A stretch of DNA of 40,549 nucleotides, taken from assembly GCA_037132035.1 (NCBI GenBank), contig JBAXPY010000002.1:1-40549 (forward strand), in the 5' to 3' direction. The position numbers were made by a program, and so were the translations under genes. The notes beneath the pieces were generated by a model that was given only the letters and a program-made list of their open reading frames with translations, had not been told where the DNA came from and made no database searches. Positions 26,501 to 31,903 of the stretch are shown in pieces; position 1 is the first letter of the stretch; each line of letters opens with the position of its first letter. Source of the stretch: Candidatus Moraniibacteriota bacterium (GTDB lineage Bacteria; Patescibacteriota; Minisyncoccia; Moranbacterales; UBA2206).

Positions 26501-27113
26501 CTCCAGAAAGGGTGAGGGAATCGTTTAGTCTTGAGTCATTGCCCGTGATTAACTGTCCTGCGCCTGTGCCAATGGGAAGATTTTGGATGTCAATCTTTCC
26601 GGTGTTGTTGAGAGAGACGATGTCGCCTGACTGGGTTCCAATCTTTTTGCCATCCAAAAGGGAGGCATTGGTGGCGTTGTAGGCAAAGAGAGTGGAAGTG
26701 ATTCTTTTTCTGGGGACCAGTTCACTATCTTGATTAATCCTGATTCCTAGATAGAATTGATTGTTTTCATTATTGGTTAGGATAGGCAGCTCTTGAGTTT
26801 GCCCAAGATTGAATTTAAGAATACCATTTTTGATGGTGACGGCTTGAGTTTCTTCCCAAACTCTTCGTTCTTTATCTGCGTCAGAAGGATATCTGTCAAT
26901 TGTTGTTCTGTTTTGAGAATAGAGCGCGAAGCGTACGGTGTAATCCCCATTGATCATTTGGCCGGTTTTGTCGGTGACAAAAGCCACCCCTTCCATTTGT
27001 CTGGCGGCCTCCACTTTGAGAAAAGGGCAAAGAGTAAAAAAGACAAAACAAAACAGAAAAATGGCTACATTTTTCTTGTATTTTTTTTCACTTTTCTCTT
27101 TCGAAAATATCAT
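14571..27113 (-). CDS. giant (4180 aa) secreted/anchored tail-fibre-like repeat protein with FG-GAP/VCBS blocks and an S74 chaperone domain
   Basis: Single uninterrupted ORF. It has an N-terminal signal/anchor. Recurrent GN[IV]GIGTT[ST]P.YKL.V.G, LPVNQGGTG and YLPIGGGTLTGNL motifs appear. There are fifteen DLDGDGD.DLL[IV]G repeats. SSDARLKTNI...IGLIAQD...LPEVV is also present. Confidence 0.9.
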   Translation of the reverse strand: MIFSKEKSEKKYKKNVAIFLFCFVFFTLCPFLKVEAARQMEGVAFVTDKTGQMINGDYTVRFALYSQNRTTIDRYPSDADKERRVWEETQAVTIKNGILKFNLGQTQELPILTNNENNQFYLGIRINQDSELVPRKRITSTLFAYNATNASLLDGKKIGTQSGDIVSLNNTGKIDIQNLPIGTGAGQLITGNDSRLNDSLTLSGAKYLTLSNQKLTANKIKFSTDTQGTLPVNQGGTGLTTNPENGKVLMGNGSGYAFGSILGAGNVNVVTTSSSVSISLKDTINVTSLDVKDRLYLADSSVPTTSTNRLYSNSGNLYWGNTMLGGGGGTLPTGTTGQTLNYHTSLGWSASSVLYNDGTNIGIGTTSPSYKLEVTGATRVSALNINGAYNLPVSAGTTAQYLRGDGTWSAPAGTNHNLFSSAHSDTANIAPAQGDVIYYNGTNWTALSAGTSGNFLRTNGANSNPTWQVATGTTYTRSGTLLQLAGSTFSVKEGLLTNGRICTYSTISGLVCDTDSVSVGHSPLTINATNNGLALNGQELAIALASTSTTGALSNTDWQTFNSKLSPALTSGRLFIGNASNIATGVAMSGDVTTTNAGVTSIGADKITESMLRESTNTPANGNILAYNSATNGFAWVPTVPGLSHNLFSSSHLDMASITPSQGDFIYYNGTNWTTLAAGTNGYLLRTNGTGNNPTWQAATGTTYTASGNLLQLTGSAFSLREGTLTDTRLCTYSTTSGLVCNTTSASVGHTPITVSATANGLSVDGSQVLTLVLSSTSTTGALNNTDWQTFNSKLSPALTSGNLFIGNASNIATSITMTGDIAITNGGVTSIGANKITESMLNESTTTPSNGNILSYNSATSGFAWVATAPGTAHNLFSASHSDMASITPAQGDVIYYNGTRWAALTAGTSGNFLRTNGAGANPAWQAATGTTYAASGNLLQLSGTTFSMKEGTLTTGRICSYDGTNLVCNTDSTTVGHSPMTINATNNGLTLNGQELALALASTSTTGALNNTDWQTFNSKLSPALTSGNLFIGNASNIATSITMTGDIAITNGGVTSIGANKITESMLNESTTTPSNGNILSYNSATSGFAWVATAPGTAHNLFSASHSDMASITPAQGDVIYYNGTRWAALTAGTSGNFLRTNGAGANPAWQAATGTTYAAAASNLLQLAGTEFSLKQGTMTDTKLCVYSTASGLVCDTSTSSFGHNPATINATANGLSVDGSQVFTLVLASTSSTGALSNTDWNTFNGKMTNLLTSGSLFIGNASNIAAGVAMTGDIAITNAGITSIGNNKIIEGMLLESSTNPQNGNILTYNSATQGFTWVTTAPGSAHQLFSTSHSDMASVTPAQGDVMYYNGTNWTVLTAGTSGTFLKTQGIGANPVWSTAIGTAYTATNGLTLNSTAFELGGTLTRATDIALASNNLTFSGLGNIGIGTTTASYKLDVRGTAAAGQINAEGGLCINGICKTAWTDSGIGSSVWTTSGNDIYSNNTGNIGIGTTTPVSKLEIAGLATLTNIPAGTGVSQGALYINPASYSSNPIVQWTARSVWNTPDIGTLAAPAFADLDGDGDLDLLIGAMDGISYAYENTGSNLLPSWSAKSAWNGPDIGTYAKPAFADLNGDGKVDLLIGSYVGVSYAYKNTSITSTPVWTAEPSWNTPSIGTSCAPAFADLDGDGDIDLLIGENGGLTYAYKNTGTTFAPVWIAQSGWNVPSVGANALPVAADLDGDGDLDLLIGNYNGVTNAYENTGSTLAPTWAAKTSWNVSDIGTYVIPALADLDNDGDKDLLIGEYNGVSYAYENTGSVGAASNTLFGVAVGGSQKFRVNGVGSIFGGAYNGLTLTSATDGFNLLGGTTARTLTISGSNVSINQSLLTTSSPTFAGLTLNGNLGIGTTTPSYKLDVQGSGAAGQINAAGGLCIAGVCKTAWTDSGIGSSVWTTNGNDIYSSNTGNIGIGTTTPVSKLEIAGLATLTSVPTGTGVSQGALYINPAAYSSAPMVSWTTKAAWLPSISGHVYAVFADLDGDGDLDMLAGTGSTTVVAYENTGTAFSPSWAAKPAWDGPTGGDGRSAPALADLDHDGDFDLLVGSYSSGVLAYENTGTISSPAWTARAGWNGPGIFTETVPAFADLNNDGKTDLLVGRSDGIAYAYENTGTVSSPTWTARAGWNTPSVSSRAHPTFANLDGDGDFDLLIGNASNGISYGYENTGTASSPVWAAKSSWNAPNSSGGRVAPALADLDSDGDADLLVGEYSPYVTRVYENTGSIGAATNTVFGVAVAGSEKLRVNGLGQLTLSGSFTANNLINGIYSGTSDALTINQSGAGNIVNFKDAGTSAFMIKDGGFVGIGTTSPTALLNIKAGTATAGTAPLKFTTGTLLSATEGGAVEFDGSHLYFTATSAGTRYQLDQQSGTSYTATNGLTLTANAFKLGGTLSAATDIALASNNLTFSGLGNIGIGTTTASYKLDVRGIAAAGQINAEGGLCINGICKTAWTDSGIGSSVWTTSGNDIYSSNTGNIGIGTTAPTSKFEVAGLGTFSSIPMGGGVSNGSLYINPASYSSNPIVSWTAKSAWNMPSPGGNMGSPAFADLDHDGDFDLLISVGSNIYGYENTGIISSPSFSAKSDWNIIGCASTYVKPALADLDGDGDYDLMVGGYNGVSYAYENTGTISSPIWTARAGWNLPDIGDSATPVFADLDNDGKIDVLVGSDSGVSYGYRNTGTTLLPTWTANSGWNTPDIGYGVSPALADLDGDGDYDVIIGEYGGISYAYENTGTVFSLIWSRKASWDTPNVGGSVKPRPAFADLDDDGDKDLLIGTWTGESYGYENTGSVGAVSNTLLGVAVGGSQKFKVNGLGNLNLLGSITSSNLINAAYNGTSDALTINQSGSGNIVNFKDAGASAFVIKDGGNVGIGTSSPTALLSVGFTSQFQINSTGNVTGGTYNALTFTAATNGFTIAGGTTSKTLTVPLDASVSGTNTGDNSANSLYSGLATSKQDALNGTGFVKIAGTTISYDNSTYVTGTPWTGMGYLTSLAGAVLTSQTTPQTIGDTTNRLAKLWATDITVTNAISGSVTGNAGTVTNATFTTTFTNNGGAGVLTWPAAGTTLTIPTGGGTLGSAAFTASGAYLPIGGGTLTGNLLFTDNTLDIGANGATRPRTGYFGTSIISPLFNGLAITNNGTNALNIAAGKTLTVQDNVTISGALGTGAYATIANYAPIGQTMYIGTTAHAINRGSGAEALTGITGLTPGANFILTQNSVAALTSEETGAVANTMYLKAGNIGIGTNNPTYKVDVRGSGVLGQINAAAGLCIAGVCKTAWTDSGIGSSSWVTTGNDIYYTLGNVGIGTTSPQAGLHVATSNILFGSGNGTATPSDVYIKGPAASGTNISGSNMFLDTPAGTGTGNSGSLIFRTSPGLSWQPIALDNSSVGSAYGYNGSGVLVTISHAVDAGKSNKILIVATSVRIPIEYVRYDGVDMHLLDSKGSAALVQLWYLKDSELHTGTHNVTIHSASTNGQMSAVAETFYNVDQTNSFGITSGVADNWGSSISTNVSAATNDMVIDVVGGAEDIGTPTVGSGQTLINYVGANNGNGVATSYKAGASTVNMSWTNVGGGYIKSQLGVALQSTKSSAPNAMAEAMRINISGNLGIGTTTPTQKLAVYNGSTTGTYTTSGWAHSSDARLKTNIMDVTNPLDKIKSLSGVYFNWKSNPGADRQIGLIAQDTLKVLPEVVVGNEKDGYGIAYGNLSALLIEGVKAQQTQLSSLSILASALQNSNNSQDNEIQKLNQALALLKTDNQNQTTLANQKINSIQTNLVASGSQINLLSTKLSSANALLSQNSQPVQELPFYQFKDANSELSSSLTDQLIENNQFSAKYNAPENFQELAINLGSANQLDLSGKDQNQSYLVYDVFLEDSASLEDFHTELGNIQDQKEIEWIRSSHPFFLSGWNQVRLPLADGAKTGEIDWQHLNYFRAYFKLSANTSLKFKNIRVETKANYVPLAQAIDTGNLDLLNNIDQGTALKDIFGKLEIQALTNKKMDDSVSELSQNLKKLQDQLDLVQTQSQAVIDFALALNMNNLIYKDVSGNVNLGLGNLEATEVKAKKVKAEDYVVSENADPLKNNVGSVIIRVGQQEVLVKNEKVMYDSKIIVTPVGSSPVNWVLSDKIDNVGFKIKLDKPAQFDIAFDYWVIGVEK
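15789..16124 (-). other. peptidase S74 / endosialidase intramolecular chaperone domain (aa ~3664-3775)
   Basis: SSDARLKTNIMDVTNPLDKIKSLSGVYFNWKSNPGADRQIGLIAQDTLKVLPEVVVGNEKDGYGIAYGNLSALLIEGVKAQQ matches the PF13884 pattern (SD.R.K.NI ... G.IAQ[ED] ... PE.V ... Y..L..LLIE). Confidence 0.75.
18651..19400 (-). repeat. FG-GAP/VCBS block 3 (5 repeats)
   Basis: DLDHDGDFDLLIS, DLDGDGDYDLMVG, DLDNDGKIDVLVG, DLDGDGDYDVIIG and DLDDDGDKDLLIG. Each is followed by ..Y[AG]YENTG. Confidence 0.8.
20331..21100 (-). repeat. FG-GAP/VCBS block 2 (5 repeats)
   Basis: DLDGDGDLDMLAG, DLDHDGDFDLLVG, DLNNDGKTDLLVG, NLDGDGDFDLLIG and DLDSDGDADLLVG. Confidence 0.8.
21711..22485 (-). repeat. FG-GAP/VCBS block 1 (5 repeats)
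   Basis: DLDGDGDLDLLIG, DLNGDGKVDLLIG, DLDGDGDIDLLIG, DLDGDGDLDLLIG and DLDNDGDKDLLIG. Confidence 0.8.
22913..25873 (-). repeat. in-frame tandem array, about 4.3 copies of a 228-231-aa unit
   Basis: Units begin at conserved H416, H645, H875, H1103 and H1334 ([NSA]H[NQ]LFS..H[SL]D....[ITV][AT]P[AS]QGD.[IM]YYNGT.W). The nucleotide period is 684-693 bp. Confidence 0.9.
23622..24790 (-). repeat. 485-bp perfect direct repeat (23622-24106 = 24306-24790)
   Basis: Base-by-base comparison of the two stretches shows identity at an offset of 684 nt. Identical spurious antisense ORFs in the track confirm it. Confidence 0.9.
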
Positions 27114-27208
27114 GCTTCTATGCCCAAGCTAAAAGCAGAACGGCTTGTATTTATTTTGCTTTTTTTACTTTATTTTTTTGGGGAATAAAGTGATCTGGTT
27201 ATGGATGA

Positions 27209-27235
27209 ATTATAGCATGGAAAGGGGAAAGGCAA
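27209..27235 (-). promoter_or_regulatory. extended -10 promoter for the giant gene
   Basis: On the minus strand: TTGCCT (27235-27230), 15 nt spacer, TGc, TATAAT (27214-27209). It lies about 95 nt upstream of ATG 27113. Confidence 0.5.
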
Positions 27236-27360
27236 TAGTGGGAGGAATAAATTATTTTTCCACAAATAAATTCAATAAAAATCTCATCAATCTTGTAACA
27301 CAAAAAAACTGCGAAGATGCATAAAGCTGTTTCCTGGCAGTTAAGCTTGAACTAAAAAAA

Positions 27361-28452
27361 CTATTTTTCTAAATTGAATTTTTTAACATAAAAACCAACA
27401 TCATCAATCCATTTGTTGGCTGCCGCTTGACCGCCCGTAACGGAACAATTTGATCCACATTTCCAGACAACCATCTTAGCTGGAGTATCAAGTTTTTTTT
27501 CTGATATCAAATATTCCATTCTTTTCGCTACGACGTCAACAGCATCCTTCGGACTATCAAAACAAGTATGTCCACCCGTACCCATTCTCTCTCTTTTTCC
27601 CCGATAACCCCAGTAATTATAGCAGTCCTCCCCGTTTAAAACTGGAACGTGCACGCCCCAAGAGCTTTCTTTCCTGGCAATTCCAATCAAGAATGCAGCT
27701 ACAGTCCGATTCCTTTTGGCGATTTCCGGCACCATTTGTTTGATTGGGTAATCCTTGACCATTTCCATTATTTCCTTCTCAAAATCTGATTGCTTAGTAT
27801 TAGCTTCTTCAATCAAAAGCCTCGCGATGTATTCATCATCTGCCATTTTTTCCGCTTCCTTCATAGCCGCTTCTTCTCCCAGCACCCTCTGCGCTTCTTG
27901 CTCTTGAACAATCTGCTCTGTCCCAGCCTTGTCTTTAGCCTCTTGTATCTTAGCTTGCGCGCCTGGACCCAAATAACGATAAATCATCGTCATCAAAAAC
28001 ATTCCAAAAATCAAAGACCCAATAAGGGATACATTCCACATTCGCACCATGCTCACGCCATGAGTATAGCCTGTAAGTGCATCTTTAAAGTATGAATAGA
28101 AGTTAGAATATCTATCTTGAATTTCATCATACATCCACGCTTCTTTTTTCCGAGAATAGGTATGATATATATTTTGTTCTCGTCGTGCTGCAACACCATC
28201 AATCCTTCCCGTGATAAATTCAACTCGCTCCCCACGCCTCAGCCGCAAAAGATCTTCTTGACTAAAATACAATTTAGAATCACAAGTAGTGAAATCTTTT
28301 ACCTTTCCATATTTCTGAGAAAGTAACACGGAAGAATTTTTATGCTTCAAAACAAATTTAGCCAAGGCATAGTCTAATTCTACCGGTTTTTTTTGTTTTT
28401 TTTGTATTCCATCTAGCATTGTTTCAGTATAGCACATTTTTTTCTTTCGCAA
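27361..28452 (-). CDS. TM-anchored protein with Cys-rich lysozyme/glucosaminidase-like C-terminal domain (paralog B)
   Basis: TM helix VSLIGSLIFGMFLMTMIY and a coiled, acidic linker. The C-terminal domain reads AAFLIGIARKESSWGVHVP...DCYNYWGYRG...CFDSPKDA...VVWKCGSNC...KWIDDV. The start is uncertain (28452, 28437 or 28419), and the upstream end overlaps lgt. Confidence 0.6.
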   Translation of the reverse strand: MRKKKMCYTETMLDGIQKKQKKPVELDYALAKFVLKHKNSSVLLSQKYGKVKDFTTCDSKLYFSQEDLLRLRRGERVEFITGRIDGVAARREQNIYHTYSRKKEAWMYDEIQDRYSNFYSYFKDALTGYTHGVSMVRMWNVSLIGSLIFGMFLMTMIYRYLGPGAQAKIQEAKDKAGTEQIVQEQEAQRVLGEEAAMKEAEKMADDEYIARLLIEEANTKQSDFEKEIMEMVKDYPIKQMVPEIAKRNRTVAAFLIGIARKESSWGVHVPVLNGEDCYNYWGYRGKRERMGTGGHTCFDSPKDAVDVVAKRMEYLISEKKLDTPAKMVVWKCGSNCSVTGGQAAANKWIDDVGFYVKKFNLEK

Positions 28453-29309
28453 AAAACAAGTACTAACCCACCAACTAACATCGCGAAAGAAAATAGCTGA
28501 CCTAGCGTAAAATAGCCCAGAAAAAGACCCACCTGCTCATCCGGCTCACGAAAGAATTCCCCAATAAAACGCGCGACAGCATAGCCCATGAGATATAATC
28601 CCAATAATCTTCCTTGCACTACTTTTTTGTTTCTAATTTTCCAAAAGAGCCAAAATAGTAAAAATCCTTCCAAAAAAGCTTCATATAACTGCGAAGGATG
28701 GCGCAAAACGCCCAAAACGTCACTCGGGAAATACATTCCGACCCACATATCAGTTACCCGACCATAGAGCTCTCCATTGAGAAAATTTCCGATTCGACCA
28801 AGCAGATAGCCAGCAGGAATTGCTGGCACGACAAAATCTGAAAGTGCCCAAAAATTTAATTTACGAAATCTCACAAAAAACAATGTAGCCAAAAGTGCAC
28901 CGATCAAGCCGCCATGATAACTCATACCATATATGCCAACAAGCCCGCCAGTAGCCAAATCAAATGGCGAAATAATTGCTAGTGGATGCGCAAAATAAAA
29001 GGACAGATTATAGAACAAAACATAGCCCAGTCTCCCGCCAATAACAACGCCCAAAAAACAAACGTACATGAAATCCAAAATAAAGCCTTTTTGTTTTTCA
29101 AGCTTATCCTTACCTTTTTCATTAAACGTATTTCCGAAGATATTTTCACCTTCATCCAATCGCAACCGCATCTCAAGAAGCCTAAGAACAACAAAAAATG
29201 CCACCAAATACATCACGGAGTACCAGCCGACAGAAAAAAATCCGACATGAAAAATTTCCGGATTAATGTGCTCAGGGATGTGCTGATAGAATTGTAGAAA
29301 GCTATTCAT
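28413..29309 (-). CDS. lgt: prolipoprotein diacylglyceryl transferase
   Basis: GGRLGY, GMSYHGG, GRIGNFLNGELYG, HPSQLYEA and ARFIGEFFREPD are Lgt signatures. Confidence 0.9.
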   Translation of the reverse strand: MNSFLQFYQHIPEHINPEIFHVGFFSVGWYSVMYLVAFFVVLRLLEMRLRLDEGENIFGNTFNEKGKDKLEKQKGFILDFMYVCFLGVVIGGRLGYVLFYNLSFYFAHPLAIISPFDLATGGLVGIYGMSYHGGLIGALLATLFFVRFRKLNFWALSDFVVPAIPAGYLLGRIGNFLNGELYGRVTDMWVGMYFPSDVLGVLRHPSQLYEAFLEGFLLFWLFWKIRNKKVVQGRLLGLYLMGYAVARFIGEFFREPDEQVGLFLGYFTLGQLFSFAMLVGGLVLVFCERKKCAILKQC

Positions 29310-29339
29310 CTGTATTTAAAATATGAACTCCATATAATT

Positions 29340-29440
29340 CACCTCATCCGACCTTCGGCCACCTTCTCCTTGGTAAGGAGAAGGGCATTCTTTCACATTT
29401 CGTCCCCTCTCCTTAATAAGGAGAGGGTTAGGGTGAGGTG
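29340..29440. repeat. GC-rich hairpin cluster closed by an outer stem
   Basis: CCTTCTCCTT-GGT-AAGGAGAAGG (29362-29384). CCCTCTCCTT-AAT-AAGGAGAGGG (29405-29427). Outer pairing CACCTCA (29340-29346) with TGAGGTG (29434-29440). Confidence 0.7.
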
Positions 29441-29730
29441 GATTTTTTAATCTCCCCCTCAACTTTCTTCTCTTCTTTTTTTTCCAGCCGCATCAGGTAA
29501 AAACTAGCCACTGCCACAACGAATGTGATCACTAATGCGTAAACTAGTTTAGCTTTTAGGCTATTTTGATCCTGGGGAAAGAAGTATTCAATAAAGGACT
29601 TAATAGCATCATTCCACGCAAGTCCTGCCACAAGCCCAAGCGCTCCGACGATGTATTTTAAAGTTCTATTGCGCACTTCACTTTTAACCTTAGCAATTTC
29701 ACTGAGTAATTTTACTTCAATTTCTTTCAT
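29428..29730 (-). CDS. small two-TM membrane protein (100 aa)
   Basis: IVGALGLVAGLAWNDAI... and LVYALVITFVVAVASFYL helices with a K/E-rich tail. The last 4 codons lie in the hairpin-cluster outer stem. Confidence 0.5.
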   Translation of the reverse strand: MKEIEVKLLSEIAKVKSEVRNRTLKYIVGALGLVAGLAWNDAIKSFIEYFFPQDQNSLKAKLVYALVITFVVAVASFYLMRLEKKEEKKVEGEIKKSTSP

Positions 29731-29736
29731 AAATTT

Positions 29737-30483
29737 TTATTTATTAATTATAGCGTCTACCGCCAGTGCTGCGGCGAGTGCGAATGCATGATGCCTACCA
29801 AAACGTGGGACATCAAATGTTTCAGTCTTTTCTTTATGTCTTATTTTCACAACCTGTCCTGCTTCCATCCTTTCAATACCTACTATCCGCCAATTATCCT
29901 CTTTCTCGCAAGTTTCACCAAAATATCGCACTGGAGCAACAGCTTTTTTGGTCAACTCTTTTACGCGTAAATTATCTCCATTTAAAATCACAGCCCCACT
30001 TTTCTTGGTTTTTTTTGCCAGATAGATATATTCTGCTACTAAGTCATTCATACTAGGAAAAGATTCCAAATATCTCTGAGTAATATCGGTTACGACTGAA
30101 ATTTCTGGCGCAACGATTGAGAGCAAATAACGCATATCCCCCGCCGAGGAAACACCCAACTCAAGCACGAGATACTCTGGATAGTTTTTTTGCCATACTG
30201 CGCGAAATGCTTTTCCAATTATGGGACGCCATTCGCGATAAGATCCATATCCACTTGATACGTTAAGAATAGCCAACGGAAGCCCAATTTCCGTATTGAA
30301 ATTGCGCGGATTAGCGCGAACACTCTTGCCCGCCTTCTCCAGAACTCTGCGAATTTCATCACGCACAAAAGTTTTATTCACACTTCCAGCGACTACAATA
30401 ATTTTGGGACGATAAATCACTAAAACTAATTTAGCGATTAGCTTTAGATAATACTTGAGGATGGGTTTGAAAATGGTTTTCAT
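29737..30483 (-). CDS. truncated MurF-like Mur-ligase paralog (central domain only, degenerate P-loop)
   Basis: IIVVAGSVNKTF compares with the canonical GS.GKT. NFNTEIGLPLAIL, LVLELGVSSAGDMRYLLSIVAPEISVVTDI and GRHHAFALAAALA are MurF-like. At 248 aa it lacks both the N-terminal and C-terminal domains. Confidence 0.6.
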   Translation of the reverse strand: MKTIFKPILKYYLKLIAKLVLVIYRPKIIVVAGSVNKTFVRDEIRRVLEKAGKSVRANPRNFNTEIGLPLAILNVSSGYGSYREWRPIIGKAFRAVWQKNYPEYLVLELGVSSAGDMRYLLSIVAPEISVVTDITQRYLESFPSMNDLVAEYIYLAKKTKKSGAVILNGDNLRVKELTKKAVAPVRYFGETCEKEDNWRIVGIERMEAGQVVKIRHKEKTETFDVPRFGRHHAFALAAALAVDAIINK

Positions 30484-30490
30484 ATCTCTT

Positions 30491-30652
30491 ATGTCATTCC
30501 CGCGGAGGCGGGAATCCAGGTTCCACTAGTTTTAAACTCTGGAAAATCTAATTATAAACCTTCTAACTTCTATTTTTTAACTAACGAATCTCGTATTTCT
30601 TTTTTTATAACTTGAGGTGCCTAGATCCCCGACTTCTCAGGGATGACACGGA
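30491..30652. repeat. MITE-like / REP-doublet element filling the intergenic region
   Basis: A 30-nt arm ATGTCATTCCCGCGGAGGCGGGAATCCAGG (30491-30520) faces an inverted copy at 30623-30652 (21/30 identical). Each arm is itself an 8-bp hairpin. They flank 102 bp of AT-rich DNA. Confidence 0.5.
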
Positions 30653-30656
30653 AAAA

Positions 30657-31850
30657 TTATCTGTTCTTCCTAAATATTTCGTCCATCCGATCGAACGCCC
30701 GATTGATATCTTTTTCACTCCTTCCAAAACTCATTCGAATATGGCCTTCTCCGCTCGGCCCGAATGCTACTCCTGGCACAGTTGCGACTTGCGCGCGCTC
30801 CAAAAGTCCGATGGCAAAACGCCAAGACAAACTATCCGGGCAATCTTTCAGCTCACCAAAATCAAAATCATTTTTCAGAATCCTTGGAAAAACATAATAA
30901 GCGCTCGTTGGCTTCACGTAACTAAAAATATGCGATAATTTATCCAGTCGACGACAAATTAAATCGCGTCTTTTTTTATACTCTCGGTTAAAGAATTTGA
31001 TATCTTTATCGCCCATTTCAAGCGCGCCCATCGCCGCATATTGAGAAATGACCGGCGCACAAGTCACAAGAGAATCATGCACTTTAAGAATTTCTTTTGC
31101 AATACTCTCATCCGTATGGAGATATGCCACGCGCCAACCAGTCATCGCGAACGACTTAGAAAAACTAAAAAGACGAATCACTCTTTTCCGCAGTTCAGGA
31201 AGCTGGGCAAGACTAAAAATTTTCTCACCGGAATCAAAAATAAAATCCTTATACACCTCATCGGAAATTAAATAGAGATCATGCTTCTTCGCCAACTCCA
31301 CCAGTCCCATTAGTTGCTCCTTGGAATAAATCGTACCGGTTGGGTTATTGGGGTTACAATAAAAAATCGCTTTAGTTTTTTTCGTAATTGCCGTTTCATA
31401 TTTTTCCAACTCGAATGCCCAGCCTTTTTCTTCGTCAAGCGACACGAACACCGGCTGACATCCTGCAAGCAAAATTACTTCGCGGTAGGAGGTATACGTC
31501 GGCTCAGGAATAATCACTTCATCACCCGGGTTCGTGATTGCAAACAGGGTCGCCGTGATCCCCTCGATTGAACCGGCCGTCACAATAATCTCTTTTTCGA
31601 AGTCATAAAACATTCCTTCTTCGGCCAGTTTTGTTTCGATCAGTTCACGCAATTCGCTAAGTCCGGGAGAAAGCGAATATTTGGCCACCACCCCATTTTT
31701 TAGGGCCAGCTCCACTCGCCTCTTAATGCACTCCGGCGTATCAAAACTCGGCACGCCTTGTGCGAGAGATATCACATCGGGAAACTTTGAAGCCCGCAGT
31801 TCCATTTGTTTTATTACCGATAGACGTAGATTTTTCGTTCGTTCAAACAT
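30657..31850 (-). CDS. class I/II PLP-dependent aminotransferase
   Basis: DVISLAQGVPSFDTP, NPNNPTG and SFSKSFAMTGWRVAY (PLP lysine motif). I start at ATG 31850 (MFERTKNL...); the track's TTG start at 31889 is the alternative. Confidence 0.8.
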   Translation of the reverse strand: MFERTKNLRLSVIKQMELRASKFPDVISLAQGVPSFDTPECIKRRVELALKNGVVAKYSLSPGLSELRELIETKLAEEGMFYDFEKEIIVTAGSIEGITATLFAITNPGDEVIIPEPTYTSYREVILLAGCQPVFVSLDEEKGWAFELEKYETAITKKTKAIFYCNPNNPTGTIYSKEQLMGLVELAKKHDLYLISDEVYKDFIFDSGEKIFSLAQLPELRKRVIRLFSFSKSFAMTGWRVAYLHTDESIAKEILKVHDSLVTCAPVISQYAAMGALEMGDKDIKFFNREYKKRRDLICRRLDKLSHIFSYVKPTSAYYVFPRILKNDFDFGELKDCPDSLSWRFAIGLLERAQVATVPGVAFGPSGEGHIRMSFGRSEKDINRAFDRMDEIFRKNR

Positions 31851-31903
31851 AGACAAAAAATTATTTTCAGGGCTTACGCTTTTGCCCAAAAAAAGTTCGC
31901 GCG

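Noticed and set aside
14571-27113. Prophage (tail-fibre and S74 motifs)
   Set aside because: No capsid, terminase, portal, integrase or att-like repeats lie in the 40 kb. The neighbours are housekeeping envelope genes, and the gene has a signal/anchor. This is more consistent with a domesticated cellular surface protein.
14608-27188. More than 40 track ORFs of 60-185 aa on both strands inside the giant gene (for example 25914-26471, 24556-24918, 19318-19743)
   Set aside because: They are shadow frames of a 12.5-kb G/T/S/A-rich ORF. Several are duplicated verbatim only because they fall in the 485-bp perfect repeat. None has an independent start context.
27300-27360. Possible terminator after paralog B (T7 run on the minus strand)
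   Set aside because: The best stem preceding the T-run is only 4-5 bp (ACTGC/GCAGT) with a large loop, which is not convincing.
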